A stretch of DNA of 63,136 nucleotides, filler included, from Lenisia limosa (taxonomy: Eukaryota; Protista; Breviatea): assembly GCA_001655205.1 (NCBI GenBank). It is 13 parts of 13 records of this genome, joined end to end, with 100 filler letters (N's around TTAATTAATTAA, not from the genome) between each part and the next. Parts side by side here need not be neighbours in the genome. Positions count along the whole stretch, not along the records: positions 49,248 to 53,407 come from LPNZ01001498.1; positions 53,508 to 55,473 come from LPNZ01000972.1; positions 55,574 to 61,611 come from LPNZ01004451.1; positions 61,712 to 63,136 come from LPNZ01002530.1; 9 more parts are not named here. One strand, written 5' to 3'. The translations under genes and the position numbers were made by a program. Below, piece by piece: positions 51,950 through 63,136 of the stretch (positions are counted from its first letter, which is position 1; the number at the start of each line of letters is the position of its first letter). The notes beneath the pieces are model-generated. The model was given only the letters and a program-made list of their open reading frames with translations. It did not search any database and was not told the origin of the DNA.

Positions 51950-52226
51950 GGTTGAAAAGTACCTGTAGCACTAAGGAATCAAATCTACTGTATGGCCTTA
52001 ATATAAGGTGTTGAAATAGCGGCCTTAGTCTTTAGTGCAGAAAAGGTCGAGAATTTTCAAAAAAAAATATTATAATTTTGAGGTTGTTTGGAAACCGTGG
52101 GGCGACCGGACTTGTCCTTTTGTTCCGCGAAAAAAAAATAATTCCGCGCCTTTTTTTTTGCTTTATTCAGACGTAGATAGTTATTCAGATTTTGTAGTAG
52201 TTGTTTTTGCAAATCGTGAATTTACA

Positions 52227-53404
52227 ATGGGAGACGGTAGGGACTTTATTGAGAAAACAGGCACTTATACACTAGGAAAACCATGGTACTACACTGATGT
52301 CGAGGGAAAGGAGCAGGTATGACATTCTTTTTCTTGGGAATGGGTGTTTATTTTTCTTAGGGTCCTTTCACAACAACCATGATGAAGCAGTGGTACGAAA
52401 GTGGATTCATTCCTCTTGATATCAAAACAAAGAGGTAAGGAAGCTTCTTTGATATTGATTTTTCACTTTTCCCCTTTAGAGAAGGCGAGGCTCAGTATAT
52501 GACCCTTAACCAACGTCTTGATCTTCATGAAATCGATATCAAGGCCCCAGTTCCCGCTGCGCAGCCTCCCAGTCTTCCAATGACCAACACATTCCAAAAC
52601 CCAGCTCCTCCTCGCCCTCCCGCCCCCGTTCAGAGCCAGCAGAACTTCAACGCACCTCTTGCACCCCGTACTGACGACTGGTACTACCAGGATGGCGCTG
52701 GCAACATGCAAGGTCCCTTCACCCACGAGAAGATGCTTTCTTGGATCAAGGAGAACTTCCTTCACAACGAGGTCCTTATTCGCACGTATGTGGTTGTATT
52801 GGTACTGGAGGGTAGGGTATGGAGGAGGATAGAGAGTATTGTGATGGTGGTTTTTCTCATAACGATGGATACTGTCCTCACTTCCCCAAAACATACTTTA
52901 TTTGACCCTACTTTTTACACCACTTATAATTGGGATTTTTTTTTTTAAAATATTCTGGCAATAAATGGTTACTCTATTGGTCTAGGGGAAGGTCCCAAGA
53001 ATAATGAGTTTACTGCTTTCTAGTTACATTGCATAATGTGACGTGGTGAAGTCTATCTTCCCGGGCATGTCATAAAACAACCTTACTCTCATTGTCTTTA
53101 CTGTAACACAAAACAACTTTTCTTTGATCAACCTAGCGCCTCTGAGCAGACCCTCACCCCCCTCGGCCAACACAGACTCTTCGCCAACCCTGTAAGCCAT
53201 ATTTATCATTTCTTTGAAAAGACTCTTTTTATGTTTGGGTTTGGGTTTGTTTCAAATGCTGCAGTATTGATATTGAGTTCCGCAATCACTTAAAGCTTTA
53301 CAAACAAACGTTCTTATCTTTATTAGCAGCAGCAGCAACAGGCACCCCAGCTCCCTCCACAGCAGGTACCCCAGCAGCCCCCTCAGCAACAACAGTTCAA
53401 TCAG
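52227..53404 (+). CDS. Protein with two GYF domains and a Pro/Gln-rich region, partial
   Basis: WYYTDVEGKEQ/GPFTTTMMKQWYESGFIP and WYYQDGAGNMQGPFTHEKMLSWIKENFL; a later QQQQQAPQLPPQQ exon. Confidence 0.85.
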
Positions 53405-53407
53405 GTA

Positions 53408-53507
53408 NNNNNNNNNNNNNNNNNNNNNNNNNNNNNNNNNNNNNNNNNNNNTTAATTAATTAANNNNNNNNNNNNNNNNNNNNNNNNNNNNNNNNNNNNN
53501 NNNNNNN
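53408..53507. other. Artificial contig spacer 10
   Basis: 44 N + TTAATTAATTAA + 44 N. Confidence 0.97.
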
Positions 53508-53515
53508 CCCCTCAC

Positions 53516-54359
53516 CTGGCGACAATGGCGAAGGATGGGGCCTCCTTGGCCAATGCGTCCTATTGGTGTTAGAGTATGTGATAATAAAACAAGGTTGTAT
53601 CTAGCCGAATACAGTGAGATTGGATTAATTCAGCCAATCATTGCATTCCAACTCTGTACACACAGCTTTATGTTGCTCCTTTTGGAGATAAGAATAGACT
53701 GAATATTTGTAGAGCACAAAAACAATGAATGAAAAAGGGGGGGATGAAAAGAAAATATAGAATGGATATGTATTATTTGAAAATAAAGTTAATAATCCAC
53801 TAGTAAAAGGGGGAATGGAAATTTATGCAACAAAAAAAAAACAGACTGATAACTATTTGTGTGAATATGGCTCATTTGTCGTAGAAAAGGAGAGGAAATG
53901 AACGAAAAAGTGACATAAACCATGGCAAAATGAAAACGAAGATAAACCGCAAAACAAACAGAAGAAAAGCTCAACGTACAACTTTCAGTAACAATCGCCA
54001 GTGCAAGATAAAAGCTTAAAAACCAAGAAGGAAGCAGACACAACTTGTCAGATATGATCAATTCAAGGGGAATGGCATCTGTCATCTAATCATCCGTAGC
54101 TCCTCTCTAAAAGGGCTTACCAGGCTTGTGAGCGTTAAGAATGGCAACGGAGCCACCATTTCCACCTTGAAGCTGGACTGCGACGAACTTGCTGTTGGCT
54201 GCAACTCCGGACCCGTCAAACTAGGCAAAGTTAATAAAAATGCGACTGAAAAAGGTCACAAACCTGTTGCTGGGAGCAAGGGACGTCAGTGAAGGACAAG
54301 TCCTTCTTCTGGGCCTTGACCAGAAGATGTTTATAAGGGGATTGACGTATTTTAAACAT
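53516..54359 (-). CDS. Coronin-family WD40 protein, N-terminus
   Basis: MFKIRQSPYKHLLVKAQKKDLSFTDV / GVAANSKFVAVQLQGGNGGSVAILNAHKPG / RI resembles the coronin N-terminus (SKFRHV..KFIAV..GGG.F.V...PGR). Confidence 0.7.
53583..53669 (+). repeat. Family D copy
   Basis: AATAAAACAAGGTTGTATCTAGCCGAA..CCAATCATT..AACTCTGTACACACAGCTTT. Confidence 0.75.
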
Positions 54360-54521
54360 TTTGAGTTGTCTTCTCGGCGTTTTTGAAAATTACATTTTCT
54401 ATAAAAAATAGTTTTTCGGATTATTGTTCCCCCAAGAAAAAAAGTATTTAAATAATAATTTTCGAAAAAAACAAACCCCTTATCAACCTTTTTAGGTTTC
54501 TTTTACGTGAACGTACTCATC

Positions 54522-54912
54522 ATGACTGAAAATTCACCTACAGGTTTGGAACTTTTTTTTGGAAAGCATGGTAATTACTGTTTAGCTTGGAGCGTTGCTC
54601 GCCCCTTCCTCATGTCCGGTATTGCTGGCTCCCTTGCCACTTGCGTCGTCCAACCCGTTGACCGTAGGTCATTAATGTCTTAACCACCGCGTGTTATGCC
54701 CTTTTCTCACCTTTTATAGTTATCAAGACCCGTATGCAGCTCAGCGGGTGAGTTTTGGGATATATTTCTCCTGATTCCTTCTCGATCTTTCCCATTTTGG
54801 AATTTCTGTGGTAACTCCCCGATAGTGCTGGCGGAGGAGTGCAATACAAGTCAGCTTTTGATGTTATCCGCCGCGTTAGCAAGAGCGAAGGCGTCATGGC
54901 CTTCTATAACGG
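54522..54912 (+). CDS. Mitochondrial carrier, 2-oxoglutarate/malate or dicarboxylate type, N-terminal repeat
   Basis: MTENSPT / AWSVARPFLMSGIAGSLATCVVQPVD / LIKTRMQLSG / ..YKSAFDVIRRVSKSEGVMAFYNG, containing the Px[DE]xxKxR carrier signature. Confidence 0.85.
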
Positions 54913-55252
54913 GTTGGTCTATGGGGATCTTTGCTGGAGGGATTGGAACATTCGTCATCGGTCGAATTATGAGGGAATGTAGTTGTTCTGGAACAATCTA
55001 GGTAATATTGAAATGCAGATAGTGTCTTGGCATGATGTTTTAAACTCTCAAGATGCTTTCCATTTGGGGGAGCGGATATCGTATTGTACTAGTAATACTA
55101 CATAGGTTAAATGTTTGTTATTTATTTTTTTCTCTTCATTTTGATTGTTGCCAGTTGTTTCTGCTTTTTGCTTTTATGTGTGGTTTTCAAGTGAAGGGGG
55201 GATGATGACTTAGATTTAAATATTGGAGATATGATATCATATACTATATGGC

Positions 55253-55334
55253 AAATAAAAGGTTGTATCTGGCCGAAGCCCTCCAAAAACATCATCATAT
55301 TAATTCACCAATCATTTGCCGAACCCTGTGCACA
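55253..55334 (+). repeat. Family D copy
   Basis: AAATAAAAGGTTGTATCTGGCCGAAGCC..ATTCACCAATCATTTGCC..CTGTGCACA. Confidence 0.75.
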
Positions 55335-55473
55335 TAATATATATAATATATAGGTAGATAAAAGAATATCTATTTTTCTTTTTTATTTAAATGTGTACAC
55401 ATATCATATCGATAATAATACAAATATGATATGCTAACATATATATATCTATTTCTTTGCAGTATCAATCTTT

Positions 55474-55573
55474 NNNNNNNNNNNNNNNNNNNNNNNNNNN
55501 NNNNNNNNNNNNNNNNNTTAATTAATTAANNNNNNNNNNNNNNNNNNNNNNNNNNNNNNNNNNNNNNNNNNNN
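55474..55573. other. Artificial contig spacer 11
   Basis: 44 N + TTAATTAATTAA + 44 N. Confidence 0.97.
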
Positions 55574-55754
55574 TCGATACACTGAAGAGTATTAGGTAGC
55601 TTACGGTTCGATCTGGAGGTCCTTGGTCTTGTCAGCGACAGGTTGCTCGTCAGCGAACTTGCAGAGGAGAGAATAAGGGCTATTGGGGTACTTTGCTCCG
55701 TCAAGAAGGCTAACGGTCTCGCACGCTGCATCGTTAGCATATGATATGTATCAT

Positions 55755-55785
<31 letters not shown>

Positions 55786-56984
55786 GAGAGAGAGAGTGAG
55801 AGAGAGAGAGAGAAGAGAAGAGAAATAAAACAAGGTTGTATCTGATCGAAGCCATCCACATTAGCATACCCAGGCTTTTACCCGTGTGGATTTACCTTTG
55901 GTCCAAAAAAGACCAAAATAGCAAAGTTTATCAACGATTTATTGAGAGAATCAGTATTTTTAGAGACTATAGAGAAGCCCTTGTTGTATTGTTACAGCAG
56001 AGATTCAGCTCCAAAAAATGATTGCATTACCGATAATAATCATACAAATCGGCATTTACAATATTTGTTTGGGAATGGAACTGCACCTTGTGTGATATAA
56101 TAAATATATTTCTACTCCTTCTACTGCCTCTACGCTTCTAATGTGTTGACACCTGCCTTGGTCACCCCCCCCCCTCATATGATATGATTTTCTTTTTGGG
56201 AAGAATGCAGCACACAAGAAAGAATTACAACTTGAGAGGTGGTGGTGGGGGAAGGGGATGTGAGCGAGGGGCAGAAGGAGGGAAGGGTAGGGCCATTGCG
56301 AGGGTATATTAGGGGTCATCCAAAGGNNNNNNNNNNNNNNNNNNNNNNNNNNNNNNNNNNNNNNNNNNNNNTTACCGGACCAATAAACTGGCAAAATATC
56401 AGAAAACGCCTGGAAAAGAAAGAAAAAACTCAAACTGCTTGCAAAAAGGGGGAAAATAAAAAAAAAATGGTGCTGCATTCTCCCAAAGAGAAAAATGAAA
56501 ATATTGCAAAATACTCATTAAAAGGTCGATCTTCGCTCAAAATCGTCACTGTCACTGTACCTCAAAGTCTCAAAATGCCCACCCGCCAATGGATTTCCCC
56601 AACCTTGCTCATGAGTTTCGAAAAGAAGGAAGCCAAAGAATGCCTTGCGCCTGATCAAGTTGTGCTTGACAGGGGTGTAAGGAAGCTGCTCAAGAAGGGT
56701 CTGTTCCTAATCGTTTAATGAGAAATTGTATAAAAAAAAAGACCAACAGTTGACTGAAGAGGGATGTTGGTGATGAAAACGTTCCTCCACCAGCTTTCAA
56801 CGGAGAAAGTGTCTCCATCGGAGGCAGTCCAGCTTCTGACACCATCCTTCTCTTCACTAATGGGAGTAACGGGGTGAGTACCGGTGTTAGTGACGATTCG
56901 GGGAGAGGTGACAGGCTTGGTGATAACAGGGGCCGCTTCAGCAGCTACCTCTTGGGTTGGCTTAGTAGGAGTAGTAGCCTCCAT
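55574..56984 (-). CDS. RRM RNA-binding protein, N-terminal part
   Basis: ATG 56984; RNVFITNIPLQST (RNP2) / EQTLLEQL..KAFFGFLLFETHEQ (RNP1) / ACETVSLLDGAKYPNSPYSLLCKFAD; the phases join cleanly. Confidence 0.8.
55754..55822 (+). repeat. (AG)n microsatellite abutting a family D fragment (55823-55860)
   Basis: Direct reading. Confidence 0.9.
55889..55982. mobile_element. MITE family A2, degenerate
   Basis: TTTGGTCCAAAAAAGACC...TATAGAGAAGCCCTT. Confidence 0.55.
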
Positions 56985-57320
56985 GTTTTACAAGAAAAAA
57001 AGACAAAAATACAAAAACGGGGTAAGGCTCAGGAATCAAGCAAAATAAAACAAATACAAAGTGTATGTCTGAGAACTGCTGGATTCAAAGAGGTTTTGCT
57101 ATTCCCAAAACTGAACTTTAAAATAAAAGTGGCTCGGATTGCTTTTTAAAGATTTCCAAATTTCAAATCACTCATTCATCAAACTATACTCTTAAGGAAA
57201 ATTTTACGTTCGTTTTACGTTAATCAAACATATTCTGAACTACTCAATAGTTGAAGGTGCATAGTTTTTATTATTCCGGTTCACTAATTTCCTACTGGTG
57301 ATTAAAAGACGTTTACAGAG

Positions 57321-60300
57321 ATGGCGGACCCGAATCCATTCGCTGTAAGGAGTTTTTGTCATTTGATTATCTTATTATTCCAGGATAACGGATCTACAGA
57401 GCCTGGGAACGACTTCAACCCCTTTAGTGTATGCAGACATTATAATAATTGATAAATGCTGCCTAACGCAAGATATATATTTTGCTGTTCCAAAATCACA
57501 AGTTCAGGTTTCCGCGCAACAGTCGCCCCCAGCGGAAGAGGCCCCACCCAAGAAGAAAAGAGGAAAGAAGAAGAAGAAGGAGGGAGGAGCAACGAAAGAG
57601 AATCCCTTCTCTCCCGCTCAGCCTAGAGATCCTGTCGATTCTGGAAGCGGGGCTGTTCCCCTGTACTCGCCCTCCTCTACATCTTTTGGAGGCGGAATTG
57701 ATGATGTGGGTGTTGTTGAAACGGGTGTGTTTGCGCTGAGAATAGGTACCTCTTTTTGAACCGTCGTGTTTTTTTTTTTTGGGAAACCTAATCTTGCAGG
57801 TTGAACTCATGAGGAAGCAACTCGAAGCAGCAGAAGCAAAGTTAGCACTGAGTCACCAAAAGGTATTCGGGTTGACAAGGTCATTGGTTGTGTGTCAAAA
57901 TGGACTTGTCTCTCCTTTCATTGCTCTTCCCTCAACTGTTCCCTCTGCCTTTTCCAATTCTAACCCTTTCTTTCGATTTTACTATTATTTTGCCGTATTG
58001 TGATTGTTGAAGATTTTCTCCCTCCCCCCTTTTTTTATTATTATGATAAAGTAGTTGTTATAATACCCTGCTTCGAAGTGTTCGATACTTTTACCTCAGC
58101 GTTTTGCTTTTTTCTTTTTTTTTTCCAAATAAAAAAAACATCATCTCCCTCTCCCCTCCCTCTTCACTTCTCACCATCTCCCTCCCCCCATCACCTCACC
58201 CTGGTGCTTCTCATGGGGGGGGGTGCATTGGTGTATAATTAATCATTCAAGATTGCCTCTCTGGAGGATCGGCTGTACCCGTTGATCCCGAACTGGCCTT
58301 CCAAGAACTGTGCTATGATCTTCCACGAGTATGCTGGGGGTGGTTAAATATGTATACCATCTCTAGTTTTCCAGGATTTATAGAGAAATTTGGTCTTTTT
58401 TCGAACCGAAGTGAAGCCCTACAATATATACATGTATATTGCTGGAAGACTAGGGGGCAATATGAGTATGCTGGTGGGGGTATGACATGAAGACCTTACT
58501 AATCCTTGCAGTATCAAATATGACATGAAGACTCCGAAGACACGAAGCCTCTGCTTCCATGCTTATCGATGGTGGTTCGCGTTCTTCTTCGTCATGTTCC
58601 TCAATATGGCTACAAGGTTGGGGGTGGGGGTATATGGTTGCTGATTCATCATTTCCCTTTATAGTACTATGATATGTACCTTGCTCCTAGGGTTGTGNNN
58701 NNNNNNNNNNNNNNNNNNNNNNNNNNNNNNNNNNNNNNNNNNNNNNNNNNNNNNNNNNNNNNNNNNNNNNNNNNNNNNNNNNNNNNNNNNNNNNNNNNNN
58801 NNNNNNNNNNNNNNNNNNNNNNNNNNNNNNNNNNNNNNNNNNNNNNNNNNNNNNNNNNNNNNNNNNNGGAATATAGCTGCTGATGGTTTCTTCATTTTCC
58901 TTAATATAGCAACAAGGTTGAGGGACCTACCAGAGCTGACTTAAAGGGTGTTACCGTATACCGTTGAAGTACGAACTCATCGTTAGGGCTTCTCTTCGGT
59001 TCGAAAAAGCCCGGTAAAATATTGATAGTTTTCGAGAATTTATCGAGATATTCGGTCTTTTTTCGAACCGAAGTGAAGTACGAACTCAGCGTCAATAAAA
59101 CCGTATTTGAACCTGCTTAGGTTAGAGGAGAGTATGTACAAAAGATGTTTTTTTTTGAGAAAAAAAAGAAACAAATAGCTAATTAGAATGAAACTCTTTT
59201 TCGGACCGAAGTGAAGCCCTAGTAACAATCTTCAGCGTTTTTTTTTTCGACCGAACTGAAGCCCAATAACAACTTTCAGGTTCGGGATGATGACGTCGAG
59301 TCATAACTACGACACGTCAACTATGCGTTTCTTCTANNNNNNNNNNNNNNNNNNNNNNNNNNNNNNNNNNNNNNNNNNNNNNNNNNNNNNNNNNNNNNNN
59401 NNNNNNNNNNNNNNNNNNNNNNNNNNNNCGCTCCTTGGTGGTACTGTTTTTGAATCATGAAACCAAAAAGAGAAACAAAAGCTCTCGATACACAACGTAT
59501 TGAGAGGGGGTATTTATTTTCCACTAACCTATTAGCTGATTATCCCAATGCTCTGCTTTTTCACACTCTACCAAAGTCTTTACCGTGCACTTAAGTACGC
59601 AATTAATTGGAGGGTCGTTTGGTTATATTCTGTAACATTTATGTGCCTCTTCTACTATAATCCAATATCTTTTATTAGCGTGATGGTGTGGACGGACGGC
59701 TTCGGTCAGGTAAAACCTCGTTTTATTTCTGAGCTCTATATATGTGTAGCCATGATTTGTAAAACAAAATGGTGTGAGAATAAAAGAGTCCATCATTCAC
59801 TATAATCTGTCTCTTATCGATTATATGCTTGCTGAAGATGAACGTTTTTTTTTTTCTTTTCTGATGTCTGTATTTTATTTTTGGAATTTATGTTCCCTAT
59901 TCGTAAACTGGATGGAGTGAGTAAAGGCGACAACATACTTTTAATTCTCATTTTTAAGAACCGACACATCCCGCCGCTACCAATTCTTCTTCCTCAACGC
60001 GATCATCTTCACTCTCCTTCTTGTTGTTCTCACATTCGGCCTCGAGTCCATCGGTGCCACGTGGGGGGAAGGAAGGGGCTTGGGAAGGTTTTTATTTAAA
60101 AAAATCATTGTTGTTTTTTTTGTTTTGTTTTGTGGGGTGTAGTTCCTCTGGTGCAATTTGGGGGACGGTGCCAGTACATATGCAACCAAGCTAGTTCGAT
60201 ATTATTATATTTAGGGCTTCCCTATGGTTCCAAAAAAAAGACTGCATTTCTCAATAAATCCTCGATAAATATCGATATTTTACCGGTCTTTTCCGGACCG

Positions 60301-61028
60301 TAGGGAAGGAAGCCCTAATTATAATTCTGCGTGTGTCCTCTGAATTAGAGCTTCGATGTCGCTTCCAACAAAGACGGAATTATCGATGGAACCTCGATAA
60401 ATTTCGATATTTAACAAGGCAATTACATCAATAGAGAAGGGTTAATTAATACAATGGGAAGTCTTTTTAGTAACAGAACTGAAGCCGTCCTCTGAACACT
60501 GACTGTCTAGTGGGTTCATGAGTATGCTCAAGGCCTTCCAAGAACACGACAAAGTCCTGGGCTTCATGGCTCTCGGAGTCTTCTTGCTCTCGGCTATTTT
60601 ACTTGGAGGTTTGTTGGAAGGGGTTTGTTGATGTAGTTTTTTGGGTCTGATTAGGGCTTCACTTGGGTTCGAAAAGACCGGTAATCGATAGTTTTCGAAG
60701 ATTACTCGGGAATTTTTTTTTTGAAACGAAGTGAAGCCCAAAGGTCAGTTTTATTTTACTTGCAAGGGACAATTTTACTATCTATCCTTATGTGACTAGA
60801 TGGACTGTAAATACTAGAGCTCCACACTAGATGTTCCAAAAAGTATTGAAAATTTTTTAAATCTCTGAGCAGTTAATCTTTCATATGCGTGTGTTACGAC
60901 TCACCTTTTTAGATATCATATACTTGATCAGCAGGACCAACAAGATATATCGCAACGATGATGATGAGAAGGACAAAAAGAAGGTGAAGATGACGGATAA
61001 ATCACCTGCAACTAATGATACTCTTTAA
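57321..61028 (+). CDS. SCAMP-family (secretory carrier membrane) protein
   Basis: MADPNPFA..DFNPF (NPF repeats), a coiled coil, then PNWPSKNCAMIFHD / IKYDM..AYRWWFAFFFVMFLN / FFTLYQSLYRALK / TDTSRRYQFFFLNAIIF..LESIG / GFMSML..VLGFMALGVFLLSAIL / TNKIYR. This fits the four-TM SCAMP layout. Confidence 0.78.
58369..58421. mobile_element. MITE family A1, half copy
   Basis: GGTCTTTTTTCGAACCGAAGTGAAGCCCTA. Confidence 0.7.
58984..59078. mobile_element. MITE family A1, right tip truncated
   Basis: Left TIR intact; right TIR ends at GTGAAG inside a 19-bp flank duplication. Confidence 0.85.
59194..59266. mobile_element. Two MITE A right-end fragments in tandem
   Basis: TTTTTCGGACCGAAGTGAAGCCCTA then TTTTCGACCGAACTGAAGCCCAA. 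Confidence 0.65.
59654..59730 (-). repeat. Family D copy
   Basis: ACTATAATCCAAT..TAGCGTGATGGTGTGGACGGACGGCTTCGGTCAGGTAAAACCTCGTTTTATTT. Confidence 0.75.
60212..60317. mobile_element. hAT-like MITE family A2 with 8-bp TSD
   Basis: Flanks attatatt / attataat. Confidence 0.9.
60652..60740. mobile_element. hAT-like MITE family A1
   Basis: Both TIRs recognisable. Confidence 0.8.
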
Positions 61029-61611
61029 GCACTTGGTTAATGTAAGGATTCAACCATTGCCTTGTTGAGTTTCGTTGTTTATAGAGTGGTGCAGTTAAGT
61101 GACTACTCATAAGCTCAATCGAGCACTCTGAACCGACCCGAGGTCCACACTAGGAGGCATACAAATATTTACAGAATACAGTAAAGTAATAAGGTAGCCC
61201 AGGTTCACAGCTGAGTATGCAGGGGTGGCTAAGCCGAGGATTTAGTTCAGGGAACGAAATATTCGTGGAACTGGGGACAAACCCGGGGGGATTTTGGGGA
61301 CCAGGTCCAGAGTGGAGATATACCTCAAATCATGATGGTTGGTCCCACACGAACTTACCATGATCAATAATAATGTACTTATATAGCCAAGCAATACAAA
61401 ACACGAAACATACACACACACATAATCAACTCCATGACAAATCTGAGACAATTCCAACAAACATAACAGCAGCTACACCCCCCGGCGCGGACTCGGTGGC
61501 TTTCGCCCGCGTTTCTTCCGTCCCCCCGGGCTGGGGGTTCGGCGAGACCCTGGACTAGTAGGCCGTCGGTTCGGCGAGGGTGTGCGGCGCAGGCCCGGGC
61601 TGGGGGTACGC

Positions 61612-61711
61612 NNNNNNNNNNNNNNNNNNNNNNNNNNNNNNNNNNNNNNNNNNNNTTAATTAATTAANNNNNNNNNNNNNNNNNNNNNNNNNNNNNNNNN
61701 NNNNNNNNNNN
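61612..61711. other. Artificial contig spacer 12
   Basis: 44 N + TTAATTAATTAA + 44 N. Confidence 0.97.
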
Positions 61712-61822
61712 ATTCCATACCTCCACGACAGCATTACTAGTCAAACCCCTCTATTCCATACCTCCACGACAACATTACTAGTCAAACCCCCCTATTCCAT
61801 ACCTCCACGACAGCATTACTAG
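61712..61822 (+). repeat. 41-bp tandem repeat (~2.7 units) spanning an exon/intron donor
   Basis: Units start at 61712, 61753 and 61794: ATTCCATACCTCCACGACAGCATTACTAGTCAAACCCCTCT. Confidence 0.9.
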
Positions 61823-62983
61823 CCTCGACGCTCTGCAAGGCGTTGCGGTCTCTCTCTTCAGCCAAGGCCGTTTGATGTTCTGCCTGTACACCGGTTATAA
61901 CGTATGAACAGAACATTCCATTCAAAAAAAGACCAAAATAGCTCAGCGAAGAACAGAAATCCATCTTTTTGGTGATACTGATGTGCGTTATACCCCAAAG
62001 TACCTTAATCAGAGCCTCATTCGCCTCGCGAAGTTTTAACTCCGCATCACTGGCCTAAAACGGTAATTGGTGGCTATCTGCAATTTACCCTTTGGATTGA
62101 TAAAGGCCTACAATGTTACATACAACGCCGAAACTCACCATTCTTGCAGCCTCAGTCTGTGTTTTTGACAGGTCTTTCGATCGACGATCAAGATCAACAG
62201 ATCGTTGCTGATGGAATGAGAAATTGGTCAGATTTTAACGTTATGAATATCATATATTTTTAAGAGATCCAGGTATTGTCATCTCTGATAATTGTCCTCA
62301 TACATACAACTTTCTATACCCTTAAGGCACCCCACCTCCAGGCCAGCCCGCTGTAATTTGGCGTCAGAGTCAAAGGCCGCGCGCTCTCGGTCCAATTCAC
62401 TGCGTCGACGCAAGACGTCGTCCTCCACGTCGGCTCGGATCTGAACGTTCCGACTTGAAGCTTCCGACAGGATTGTTTTAGCCTGGGGTGGGGGGTGAAC
62501 AGGAATTCTATCAACTCAGTTGGTTTAATGATACAAATTTAAATAGTCCGAAACGATTATAAAAAAACAAAAAAAAAACAAAGCTTTGTTTATTAGTAGT
62601 TCAAAAGGAGAGAAACCCAAAAAAGTGCCACTTTTTGGTTAGGAGAAAAGCCAAAACGAAGAAGGAGGCAAACAAAAAGTAAGGTAGACATATAAGAAAA
62701 ATTAGACGTGAACCAGAGAAACAAGAAATCAAGAAAGAGACGATAAACAATGCAAGAGAGGAAGATGCTTGTCATCCAACCTGGTGGTTTGCATCATCCA
62801 CAATTTGAGTCGCTTTTTGCTTTGCCTAGAGACATTAACACCATGATGAAGTAAGCTTGGTAATAAGAGTAGCGGTCTCACCTGTTCCAATAAGTTTCTT
62901 GTAATGGTGTCAGTTTCCTGGTGCAACTTGCGGGCTTCCTCCTCGTCCCTTCTGGCGGCTTCCGCTCGAGACGTTGCGTTTTC
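61803..62983 (-). CDS. Unidentified coiled-coil protein, partial
   Basis: Six phase-0 exons: ENATSRAEAARRDEEEARKLHQE / AKQKATQIVDDANHQ / AKTILSEASSRNVQIRADVEDDVLRRRSELDRER / QRSVDLDRRSKDL / ASDAELKLREANEALIK / AEHQTALAEERDRNALQSVE. Confidence 0.75.
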
Positions 62984-63136
62984 CTAAGGAGGGTCACAAA
63001 TGTCTCTTCGATATCCATAGGCACGACAAATAGGTTATTCTTAATTTATTGCTAAAGCATCTAAAAGAAGCTCTCAGCACTATTAAAAATAACTCTTTCT
63101 TGTTGTCTTGTTTCCGAAGACTCCCCCCCCCCACCA

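Overview
Intron-rich eukaryotic nuclear DNA, most likely from a flagellated protist (CFAP57, TTLL4 and a nuclear HslU are present). It is not one locus. Twelve artificial 100-bp spacers (44 N + TTAATTAATTAA + 44 N) join 13 segments, so adjacency across spacers means nothing. Almost all ORF-track entries are exon fragments or artefacts, so genes were rebuilt by hand-splicing at GT..AG. Recognisable genes: an ADP-forming acyl-CoA synthetase, CFAP57, a cullin, a bubblegum-type acyl-CoA synthetase, a TTLL4-like glutamylase, HslU, RPB2, RFC4, a double-GYF protein, a coronin, a mitochondrial dicarboxylate-type carrier, an RRM protein and a SCAMP, plus several unidentified multi-exon genes. The two most unusual signals are (1) a type I membrane protein with a disintegrin-like domain, 12 six-cysteine sushi modules, a TM helix and a CCC/KKKK motif, and (2) a ~110-bp intronic repeat family that lies in host-sense orientation and often ends at the acceptor AG (introner-like candidate). 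Introns also carry about two dozen copies of a ~100-bp hAT-like MITE with 8-bp target-site duplications and three further repeat families. No database searches were run: protein calls rest on remembered family motifs, and exon boundaries are manual inferences.
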